IMG/VR virus record: IMGVR_UViG_3300022837_000002
DNA length: 43,333 nt
Origin: a virus
Strand: one strand, 5' to 3'
Shown: piece by piece, positions 24,167-32,357 of the stretch
Layout: each line of letters opens with the position of its first letter
Position numbering within the stretch: the stretch's first letter is position 1
Made by a program: the position numbers and the translations under genes
The notes under the pieces: model-generated
Seen by the model: only the letters and a program-made list of their open reading frames with translations
Databases searched by the model: none
Told to the model about the DNA's origin: nothing

Positions 24167-24795
24167 GAAACCACCTGAATCCCGTAATGTGTTGTTTTTA
24201 GTTTTGCTATTTCTTTTTTAGCGTCCTTAACAATTCTCGTCAATTCTCTATCGAAATAGGAAGCCTGAACCGTTAAATTTTTACTCATGTTAAAGAATTT
24301 TAAAGCATGGTAAACGCCGTAAAATTCAAAATCTGGGCTAGACAACCCTAAATCTTCTGAATAATCCGTAGAAGCTTGTATTCTCGGATCAAAGCCAAAC
24401 GTGTTCAACTGTAATAAACTACCCTGTATAAACCCGGATGAACCTATTAAAGCTAACTGCAAGCCATTTAAAGCATGATTAGTTGTGTAACTTACATTTG
24501 AAAGCCCTGCTGAGGTTATAGGGGGAATAAACACGCCATTATACCATACATCAAGTACACCAAAAGGCGTATAAGCTGCTGATGAAATATCGTCAAAACC
24601 AAGTTGATGCCTTAAGTGCCAACGGCCTCTGGTTATATCTAAGTCAGTTAAGGTTATGTCTGAGTGGCTACTGCGAATAAAACGTGATTTAAGCGCAAAA
24701 TCCCTATAACCGCTTTTAACATACTGAGCGATAACTTTGACAGGTTTTTCGGGATGTTCGTTCTGAACAATTTCAATAGCATTTGATAACGTCAT
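24163..24795 (-). CDS. hypothetical structural protein (210 aa)
   Basis: ORF in the late operon. Motif copy 24796-24814 abuts its ATG. Confidence 0.5.
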   Translation of the reverse strand: MTLSNAIEIVQNEHPEKPVKVIAQYVKSGYRDFALKSRFIRSSHSDITLTDLDITRGRWHLRHQLGFDDISSAAYTPFGVLDVWYNGVFIPPITSAGLSNVSYTTNHALNGLQLALIGSSGFIQGSLLQLNTFGFDPRIQASTDYSEDLGLSSPDFEFYGVYHALKFFNMSKNLTVQASYFDRELTRIVKDAKKEIAKLKTTHYGIQVVS

Positions 24796-24814
24796 AACAA
24801 CAATATGTAGTTTT
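24796..24814 (-). promoter_or_regulatory. AAAACTAC-N4-YGTWGTT motif copy (minus strand reads aaaactac atat tgttgtt, then ATG)
   Basis: Read as the reverse complement of aacaacaatatgtagtttt. Confidence 0.5.
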
Positions 24815-24936
24815 AAATATCATTTTAATATACCTATTCTATGGGTTTAATATAGCGTCTAGCTCCGTTTCAAAAGACGCTTGAACATTTTCTACGCTTG
24901 ATGCCTTCAATGTTGTTTGAGTCTTTTTTTATGCGT

Positions 24937-25164
24937 TTAGAAATCTGTATTATTATCGTAATCAACTGATGTTGGCTGTGGGTCGAATGAATCAAACACG
25001 GTTTTGTGTGCGATAAATTCAGCGCCTGAAAAAGTAGTTGTTTCGATCGCCACGCCTTCTGTATCCTCTGTTTTATACCAACACGGCACGAATGTTGCAA
25101 GCTGCGTATTTTCGGCTTGTAGTGCGATAATTTGTTCTTGCGTTAAAAAGTATATTTGTTTCAT
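24937..25164 (-). CDS. hypothetical protein (75 aa)
   Basis: ORF in the late operon. Preferred over the overlapping frame 24870..25100. Confidence 0.45.
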   Translation of the reverse strand: MKQIYFLTQEQIIALQAENTQLATFVPCWYKTEDTEGVAIETTTFSGAEFIAHKTVFDSFDPQPTSVDYDNNTDF

Positions 25165-25176
25165 GTTTATTTTTAT

Positions 25177-26340
25177 TTAAAGTTTGTTCACGTAAGCTGA
25201 AAGCGCCCAAAAATTCTCACCATCGCCAGACGTCGGAATAACTAAAACCTGCGTAGCGTTTAACGGTACGCAATATATTTTCCCATTAGGGGCTAAAACA
25301 CCGCCATAATATTTAGATGTTCCACTAATTGAGCCAAATAATTCTGTGGTATTATCGGTCGGGTCAATTACTAAAATCTGCGTAGCGGTCTCAGGTACAC
25401 AATAAATTTTTCCATTTGGCGCTAAAACGCCACCAATGTATTTAGATGTTCCACTAATTGAGCCAAATAACGCTGTCGTGTTATCGCTCGGGTCAATTAC
25501 TAAAATCTGCGTAGCGTTACGAGGTATACAGTAAATATTCCCATTAGGCGCTAAAACTCCTCCAGAATATTTTGTGAATCCGCTAATTGAGCCAAATAAT
25601 TCTGTGGTATTATCGGTCGGGTCAATTACTAAAACTTGCGTTGCGTTATCAGGTACGCAATAAATTTTTCCATTTGGCGCTAAAACGCCGCCAGAATATT
25701 TTACTGCTCCCGTAATTGAGCCAAATAACGCTGTCGTGTTATCGCTAGGGTCAATTACTAAAATCTGCGTAGCTTCACGAGGTATACAGTAAATCTTCCC
25801 ATTAGGAGCTAAAACTCCTCCTTGGTATTTAATTGCTCCCGTAATTGAGCCAAATAACGATGTCGTGTTATCGCTCGGATCAATCACTAAAACTTGTGTA
25901 CCGCTAAACGGTACGCAATAAATCTTCCCATTTGGCGCTAAAACACCGCCATAATATTTATTTGTTCCACTAATTGAGCCAAATAATTCTGTGGTATTAT
26001 CGGTCGGGTCAATTACTAAAATCTGCGTAGCGTTACGAGGTACACAATAAATCTTTCCATTTGGGGCTAAAACCCCGCCAATATATTTTAGTGAACCGCT
26101 TATTGAGTCAAATAGCTTTGTACCATTCGCATAATCTACACTTGCACTTAAACTTAACCCATCAAGTGGATTAACCCTAGTTTTTTTGCGCTCAAAATTA
26201 GTTTTAAGCGTTGCGCCAGTTACGTAAACCGTCTTATTTGCGTCAACTGTTGCAGTCGAATCATACGCTACTAGTCTATCTGCATCTGCAAAAAAACCCG
26301 TTTTCTGGACTAATAAACCCTCTATCGTTGTATTTGACAT
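25177..26340 (-). CDS. beta-propeller-like repeat protein (7 x 43-aa repeats), candidate receptor-binding or tail-fibre tip protein
   Basis: The unit LFGSISGTxKYxGGVLAPNGKIYCVPxxATQxLVIDPxDNTT repeats from aa 76 to the C-terminus. Confidence 0.6.
   Translation of the reverse strand: MSNTTIEGLLVQKTGFFADADRLVAYDSTATVDANKTVYVTGATLKTNFERKKTRVNPLDGLSLSASVDYANGTKLFDSISGSLKYIGGVLAPNGKIYCVPRNATQILVIDPTDNTTELFGSISGTNKYYGGVLAPNGKIYCVPFSGTQVLVIDPSDNTTSLFGSITGAIKYQGGVLAPNGKIYCIPREATQILVIDPSDNTTALFGSITGAVKYSGGVLAPNGKIYCVPDNATQVLVIDPTDNTTELFGSISGFTKYSGGVLAPNGNIYCIPRNATQILVIDPSDNTTALFGSISGTSKYIGGVLAPNGKIYCVPETATQILVIDPTDNTTELFGSISGTSKYYGGVLAPNGKIYCVPLNATQVLVIPTSGDGENFWALSAYVNKL
25215..26115. repeat. Tandem 129-bp coding repeats (about 7 units)
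   Basis: gagccaaataattctgtggtattatcggtcgggtcaattac recurs at 25331, 25589 and 25976. The offsets, 258 and 387, are multiples of 129. Confidence 0.85.
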
Positions 26341-26344
26341 AATA

Positions 26345-26851
26345 TTATAAAATTTTATTTGAACCTGAATTGTAAACTATGTAGCTAGCTTTGCCCTGCT
26401 TTGTTCCGTCTCGTAAATTAATCGGAACTACTCGGTATGAAACGGTATCTGTATCAGTCAACCCCGTATTAGTAAACGTATCTGTTGTAGAATCGCCTAC
26501 CTTTGTCATTGTACCCCGTTGCGATATGCTTCGATACACGTCTACTCTATCTACATTTATACCGCTTTCCCAACTTAACACGGCGTTATTTGCGTCAAAA
26601 TCTCGCACGCTTTTAAAGTTTGTAATAGCTCCGATTATGTTGTTAATCGGGTCTGGTGCAACGGTTGCGCTAACGTTAACAGTAAGCACTAGCACTACGT
26701 CAAACTCTACTAGCGCTTGAATGGCACTAGCTAAATCAACATTAAGCGCTAAAGCTGGTGCTCGTGTAATGCGCTCTAGTATAAAAGCGTCGCCCGTATG
26801 CGTGACAATTAAATCGTCCGTATGCGTCGCTAAAAAGCCTTGTTGCTCCAT
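26345..26851 (-). CDS. structural protein with an FN3/Ig-like C-terminal domain
   Basis: The stretch VLSWESGINVDRVDVYRSISQRGTMTKVGDSTTDTFTNTGLTDTDTVSYRVVPIN shows an FN3-like strand pattern. Confidence 0.4.
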   Translation of the reverse strand: MEQQGFLATHTDDLIVTHTGDAFILERITRAPALALNVDLASAIQALVEFDVVLVLTVNVSATVAPDPINNIIGAITNFKSVRDFDANNAVLSWESGINVDRVDVYRSISQRGTMTKVGDSTTDTFTNTGLTDTDTVSYRVVPINLRDGTKQGKASYIVYNSGSNKIL

Positions 26852-27211
26852 TTATGCAGGGATTGAAACGGTTACGGTTGAATTTACCACTTGATAGCTT
26901 CCTGCCGTTGCAAAAGTTTGAGTAGAGGGCAGCGCAGCAAAACCAAGTAAATCGCCACCAGTAGAGGCTGTGTAATACGCTAAATGCGTTACATCACTTC
27001 CAGCCGCAATTGCGCTAACGATTGCTGAATTAGATTGAGTAAGGACACCAGCGGCAGGTGTCCCCCAACTAATAGCCCCCCTAGTTCCAATGCTTGTATG
27101 CGTGGCGTTTGGCGCTCCGTCTGTTGCAGCTACATACGTAGCCACATTTTTCCAACCGCCACCCAATAGCGAATTTTTACCTGCATCAGTTATCGTTATT
27201 GCTATCGACAT
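26852..27211 (-). CDS. hypothetical tail-fibre-associated protein (119 aa)
   Basis: N-terminus SIAITITDAGKNSLLGG resembles tail-collar fibre N-termini. This call is weak. Confidence 0.35.
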   Translation of the reverse strand: MSIAITITDAGKNSLLGGGWKNVATYVAATDGAPNATHTSIGTRGAISWGTPAAGVLTQSNSAIVSAIAAGSDVTHLAYYTASTGGDLLGFAALPSTQTFATAGSYQVVNSTVTVSIPA

Positions 27212-27338
27212 TTCTTAACTCCTTTAGCTCTTTTTGTAGATTAGTATTTTGCTCTTTTAAAGCTTTGATTGCTTCCAAAGCAAGTGACTTTGTTTTAATA
27301 TCTTGCGTGAAGTTATCTTCTAGTTGTTCGATTGTCAT
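27186..27338 (-). CDS. small coiled-coil protein, 50 aa (MTIEQLEDNFTQDIKTKSLALEAIKALKEQNTNLQKELKELRNVDSNNDN). Not in the ORF track.
   Basis: Fills a gap in the late operon and overlaps the start of the downstream gene. Preceded by aaccaaaccaaataaaaccaATG. Confidence 0.35.
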   Translation of the reverse strand: MTIEQLEDNFTQDIKTKSLALEAIKALKEQNTNLQKELKELRNVDSNNDN

Positions 27339-27356
27339 TGGTTTTATTTGGTTTGG

Positions 27357-27497
27357 TTATGATGTCCAAGCTGTTATAAGCCCATTTTTTATCGTTACTG
27401 TTCGCTCTGTTGCGCCACCGTCTAATACTGTTCTCGTAGCTGTAAGACCAGCTGAGCCGTTTAGACTTAAATAAACAAAAGCTACTTGGTCTCTCAT
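27357..27497 (-). CDS. small protein, 46 aa (MRDQVAFVYLSLNGSAGLTATRTVLDGGATERTVTIKNGLITAWTS). Not in the ORF track.
   Basis: ATGA overlap with the stop of the 879-aa gene. Confidence 0.35.
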   Translation of the reverse strand: MRDQVAFVYLSLNGSAGLTATRTVLDGGATERTVTIKNGLITAWTS

Positions 27498-30133
27498 AAA
27501 GTTATATTACTTTCAATAAGACCATATTTATCTAAAATACTAAGCAAGTTCTCTAAAGACGCTTGTATTGCATCTAATCTAAGTTCACTTACTCCATTTG
27601 TAGGCACACTAATAGTTATAGTATGAGGTTTAGAAGTGTGAGAAAATGAACCAGATTGACCCCAGAATTGCATGCCATTTGTTGAAGAGTTTACAGACAA
27701 GTTATTTGAATTACCAAAAGATGCTATATCTTGTTCTCCAAATATTGACAACAAAGTCTTAGCGCTTGATGCCCCCTTAAAGTCTATTTTTCTGCCATCA
27801 AACGCTACCACTCCATTTGTTTGGGAAAACCCTCCCGAAGACCCAAAGTTTATTCCACCATTAGTTACATTAAGCTGCCCATCTGTATCGATCGTTAAAG
27901 CGCCACTAACCGTAAGGTCGCCTAGCGAGCCGCTTGTTGCATTTATCTCACCTTTAATAAAGGCAGAGCCATTTGATAATACTCGGATATTTGAGGTAGC
28001 TGTGGTTTGACCTGCTTCCCCAGCAAAAAAACCTGCTGTACTCATTACAGCGCCACCATTTGTACCGTTTAAAGCGCCTTCAACAGTTTCAAATCTACCT
28101 TCTGTACCTGTGAACGTGACTGCTTCAACTATTTTACCTTTACCTATTAGTAAATCATCACCATTGTAATGTATAAACTTTTTACCTTTACCAACAGCAA
28201 ATTGATATTCATTACTAGCTGCGCCCAAATAAAAGCCCGAGCCTGTACCAACCAAGCTTGGCTCGTAAGAATTACCACGAATAAATCCATTCCCACCGAC
28301 AATAATTCTATCATTGACAGTTAAAAAGCCTGTTGTTGCTCTAAGACTAGATAAATCATCTCCTATAATCTTATTGGCGTTAATTGAACCTGTTTGGAAA
28401 TCGCCATCTACAATGAGAGTAAATTCTCTTATCCATGCGCTACCATCCCATACGTGGGGTAAATTCCTTGCTACACCGCCTACCTGCGTATCTTTAAGCC
28501 ATCTATCGCCAATGACATACGTTCCTCCTGTTGGGGCTGTGGCTCCCTTATATAATGCTATACCGCTAAATGTGCTACCATCAACAGCGTTAGCTACATC
28601 ACTAATAAATGTTGAATTACCAACAACAATAGCCGATACCGCATTTATTACATCTGCGTTTAGCTCGTCTGTTGTAACGCTATTATTTGTTAAACGACCA
28701 CCGTCAATCGTTGTTGTACCGTCATCGTTTATGCCACCAATAAGGCTATTAATAAACGTGGCCTTACCAACAAGATAGATATCATCAGCGCTTATCTTAA
28801 TGTTATTTGTTGGGTTATCTCCACTAATAGAATTTAAGGCTATGCTAACAACATTATTGTCATCAACACTTGCCGTTAAAACTTGCGTAGCTTGAATGGT
28901 AGTTACCGCTTGGACAAGCCCAGTACTACTATCGCCAACTGCACTAGTTAGGTCAGCCGTAGCCTTTCTCAATCCTGTCGTATTATCCTCACCAACCGAT
29001 AAGTTTAATGCCGTTATAGCTGCATTAGCAGTATTCAACGCACCTAGCGAAGCTTTTAGGTCGATTTCGGCTTCATTGGCGCTGACTCTACCTGTTATAT
29101 TCGTATTACTCGCTATCCCATTATTAGTAAATACTGTATTTATTGATGCTATTGCACCCACATTACTAGTGCTTAAATTAAATGCGCTTGTTGCGGTGCC
29201 ATTTGCACTTTGAGCAAAAATAAGGACTTCACTCGGCTGAACTAATAATTGAGCTTGATAGAAAGCATTATCAAACAGTACTTTTGCGCCTTTATACGCT
29301 ACAATATACTGCGACTGAATCGGTATAGACGTAGCGCCAGCACGTGTTAGTGCTGAAACAACAATATCATAAACTTCCCTTCCCGAAACTAACATTAATC
29401 TAGTGCCAGCTGGTAAATCGACCCTAAGCGGCATTGTCGTATATGCGCTCAGACTAGTAACTTCTGCGTCAATATCCGCCCCTAATTTTAAAATAGCATT
29501 AGCGTTAAAGCCTCCTATTATTTCATTCAAAGCTGCATCGTTGTCAGTATTTTTTGCTGCAAATAAACCAGTCGCTATCTGCTTCGGGAAAACGCTTACA
29601 AAAGGTGCGGCAGGGTCTGAAATTCTATCTACATTTGTGTTTTGAACAACGCTAAAAAGCTCGGTATAATTTACGATGTCGTAAGCCTCATCTGAATCAA
29701 GCCATGCCTCCAAGGTCTTACTAGTGATTGTATTGCGGGCTTTATCATAGTAAAAAATACGGGGTTCAGGGTCTTGCTCTGTGTAATCAATTTCATAATC
29801 ATATTGGCCGTCAGCAACCGTAAATCGTGTTCGATCTCTTAGAATGACTTGAATATCAGACCACTCAACAAGAACATCCGTCTGTATGTTTGTAACCTCA
29901 ATTGCGCCCACCACTTCTTTTACTTCTACGGGTCTAACTAAGGCTTGTGCGGTAGACCTCGCTAAAGAAGCTAATTGGCCAGCTCGATTAGCGAAATCAG
30001 TAGCGTTTCTCGCTTTAATATCATTGGCTTCTAACACATCATAGATTCCATCTACAATACGCTGCTGCTCGGCATTAAATGAGCTAGTATTTTGTGGGCG
30101 TAGCGGGGTTCTCTGGTTTCTATTCTTCGACAT
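27494..30133 (-). CDS. tail fibre / tailspike-like protein (879 aa)
   Basis: Size, G/N/T/S-rich beta-rich C-terminal two-thirds, and position in the tail gene block. Confidence 0.5.
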   Translation of the reverse strand: MSKNRNQRTPLRPQNTSSFNAEQQRIVDGIYDVLEANDIKARNATDFANRAGQLASLARSTAQALVRPVEVKEVVGAIEVTNIQTDVLVEWSDIQVILRDRTRFTVADGQYDYEIDYTEQDPEPRIFYYDKARNTITSKTLEAWLDSDEAYDIVNYTELFSVVQNTNVDRISDPAAPFVSVFPKQIATGLFAAKNTDNDAALNEIIGGFNANAILKLGADIDAEVTSLSAYTTMPLRVDLPAGTRLMLVSGREVYDIVVSALTRAGATSIPIQSQYIVAYKGAKVLFDNAFYQAQLLVQPSEVLIFAQSANGTATSAFNLSTSNVGAIASINTVFTNNGIASNTNITGRVSANEAEIDLKASLGALNTANAAITALNLSVGEDNTTGLRKATADLTSAVGDSSTGLVQAVTTIQATQVLTASVDDNNVVSIALNSISGDNPTNNIKISADDIYLVGKATFINSLIGGINDDGTTTIDGGRLTNNSVTTDELNADVINAVSAIVVGNSTFISDVANAVDGSTFSGIALYKGATAPTGGTYVIGDRWLKDTQVGGVARNLPHVWDGSAWIREFTLIVDGDFQTGSINANKIIGDDLSSLRATTGFLTVNDRIIVGGNGFIRGNSYEPSLVGTGSGFYLGAASNEYQFAVGKGKKFIHYNGDDLLIGKGKIVEAVTFTGTEGRFETVEGALNGTNGGAVMSTAGFFAGEAGQTTATSNIRVLSNGSAFIKGEINATSGSLGDLTVSGALTIDTDGQLNVTNGGINFGSSGGFSQTNGVVAFDGRKIDFKGASSAKTLLSIFGEQDIASFGNSNNLSVNSSTNGMQFWGQSGSFSHTSKPHTITISVPTNGVSELRLDAIQASLENLLSILDKYGLIESNITL

Positions 30134-32357
30134 TAGGCAACCTCACTCTAAAATAAACGCTATCTATTGTCTCAAAATAAGCCAGTAAAAGCTGAACAGA
30201 TTGTACTTTCACGTTATTCACAAAGCGTATAACATGCGTATCTCCGTCCGAAGTAAGTGTTACCGCTGTATTACCACCGCTAGGAGTTAGTTCTATCCAA
30301 TTTCCCCCATCAAATCGGTAAGAAATACTCTCCCCTCGTGCGATATTTCCGCTATGAATCTGCCCTCGAATAATAGCTTCATATAACCAAAATTCCCCGT
30401 TATCGCTATTAAATGTGTAATCGTATGTTACTAGGACTATTGGCTCGCTATCATTGCTACTAAACATCTCAACCAGCTTTGGACCCGTAGAGACATATAA
30501 ATTGGAATCCATTATAGCTGAACCTTTTATCGTGGTATTATCCACCGATAATGAGCCTGAATAAGGCACGTAAAAATCCCATCTTTGGCGCGAGAAATCA
30601 TACATCCATGCTTTGCACTTAGTGCTATTGTACTGGCCTAAAATACACAACCGCCCTTCTCTAGGGTCATAGGCTAACTGCATAGAATTGCGCCTAGCTT
30701 CGGTTATATCTCTATAACCTACATTGGAAGAGTACCCACCGCTATGTACAGAGCTGCTAATGGTAGTTATAGCTGAGCCTGTGTTCAAATAAATCCCGCT
30801 ATGATCTGCGTGGCAAATACCGTAAGGCGTTGCACATACGTGATTCTGTGAAATTGCGCCAAAGCCGTCAAACTCACTCTCTATGTATAATCCAGCCGGA
30901 TTTATTCTATATGTTTTACTCTCTGTATATGCGTAAAGTCTACTCTCAAAAGTAGCTATAGCTGTAACGGGTTCAGGTAGCTGAATAAAATCATTCAGTA
31001 TATTAAATGAGCTAGGCGATCCCGCAACACTTCTAAAAATTAAACCTTCTGTAGTGTCGAAAAATCTGTTAGTACCAACACCCGAAACAAAAAGGTACTC
31101 ATTTACTTTAACGCCTTGCGTGTAATTTAATCCATTTTCTTCTAGCGTCTCGGGAATACCGCTATTACTCTCGTATGTAGCGCCTGCAAAACCATCATCA
31201 TAAAAACTTATAGACTTAACGCCACCGCCAGCCTCGATATTCGGCATGGTTTCAGTAGCTCTGCCACTGAGCCTAAAATCTGCCACAGCCCTAGATTGCC
31301 ATTTTTCCGTTTGCTTTTCATCATCAAAAGAAAAAAACTTGACAAACTTAAATAATTCTTCTGGTGTACTTTCTAAACTTGACGCTTCGGCTCGATAAAT
31401 ATTCACGCCCGTTACGCGGTGGCTCATGCCATTAGGGTAATCATTTAACCCATTGGTGTAAGAAGTTGGTGGAAATGCTATAAATAACTCAACCTCTATG
31501 CCTAGTGCATTTTGAGCTAATTTAATAGTATTAAAATATGAAACTCTAGATCGACCGTCTCCGCGTCGCGTTTCAGATGTCTTTTCTGAATAACTTCTAA
31601 TTAAAGGGCTTTCTTGATACCCGTCATAAATAAGACTAACAGCGTAAGCGTAACTTTTACCCTCTTTAAATACGGTTAGCATCGTTTCATCATCCGTAAA
31701 CTCATAAACTTTACCTACCCTAGAAAATGTATCGACGCTATCAGTTACCGTACCATCACGAGAAATAATTCTATTTACTTTAGTACCACTAGATATAAAC
31801 GAAATAGCAACTTTTTCTAAATTGGTAGGGTTACTGTCATCTGTACTTACTTGTCTATAGGCACCTTCTTCCACATGATAAATATGCCCTTCTACATTAA
31901 TAAAGGCATTTAGTTTATTATCCTCGATGAAATAGCCGTCAACCGTACCATTCAAAACCTTTCTATCTATATAGCTAATATGCTTGGTTGAATTTACCTT
32001 TCCACAAGTAGCAATAAGCCTTCCATCTATCGGGATAAACTGCTGAACCTGAGTTGTATTTGGTGTACTACCTACGTCGGTAATCGCCGCTCCGCTATAT
32101 AATTTAATAGCGCCAGACGAATAATTTTGGCCAATAATCTGCTGCTTTGCTTGCGCTAAAAATGTACCCAACACATCAGCCACAAAATTAGTTGAGTTAG
32201 CAGCATCAGGGCTACCGCTAACCGCGCGCACTTGCCCAGATAAACCGCTATCGGCATTTTCTGCAAATGGATAAAATCCTTCTCTAGGGTCTCGCTCGGA
32301 AGCGTTTAGTAATATCCCTTTGTCAAAGTTAGTTATCTTGAGTAGGCGCTTGGGCAT
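30120..32357 (-). CDS. large tail protein (745 aa), possibly nozzle or tail tubular B-like
   Basis: Size and order relative to the capsid genes in podovirus-like modules. No motif confirmation. Confidence 0.35.
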   Translation of the reverse strand: MPKRLLKITNFDKGILLNASERDPREGFYPFAENADSGLSGQVRAVSGSPDAANSTNFVADVLGTFLAQAKQQIIGQNYSSGAIKLYSGAAITDVGSTPNTTQVQQFIPIDGRLIATCGKVNSTKHISYIDRKVLNGTVDGYFIEDNKLNAFINVEGHIYHVEEGAYRQVSTDDSNPTNLEKVAISFISSGTKVNRIISRDGTVTDSVDTFSRVGKVYEFTDDETMLTVFKEGKSYAYAVSLIYDGYQESPLIRSYSEKTSETRRGDGRSRVSYFNTIKLAQNALGIEVELFIAFPPTSYTNGLNDYPNGMSHRVTGVNIYRAEASSLESTPEELFKFVKFFSFDDEKQTEKWQSRAVADFRLSGRATETMPNIEAGGGVKSISFYDDGFAGATYESNSGIPETLEENGLNYTQGVKVNEYLFVSGVGTNRFFDTTEGLIFRSVAGSPSSFNILNDFIQLPEPVTAIATFESRLYAYTESKTYRINPAGLYIESEFDGFGAISQNHVCATPYGICHADHSGIYLNTGSAITTISSSVHSGGYSSNVGYRDITEARRNSMQLAYDPREGRLCILGQYNSTKCKAWMYDFSRQRWDFYVPYSGSLSVDNTTIKGSAIMDSNLYVSTGPKLVEMFSSNDSEPIVLVTYDYTFNSDNGEFWLYEAIIRGQIHSGNIARGESISYRFDGGNWIELTPSGGNTAVTLTSDGDTHVIRFVNNVKVQSVQLLLAYFETIDSVYFRVRLPNVEE

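Noticed and set aside
24870-25100. 76-aa minus-strand ORF overlapping 24937..25164 in another frame
   Set aside because: It overlaps most of a better-positioned ORF that starts right after the upstream gene. Its product is basic and low-complexity.
25215-26115. Diversity-generating retroelement targeting the repeat protein
   Set aside because: No reverse transcriptase gene and no template repeat outside the gene were found. The variation is between tandem blades of one ORF.
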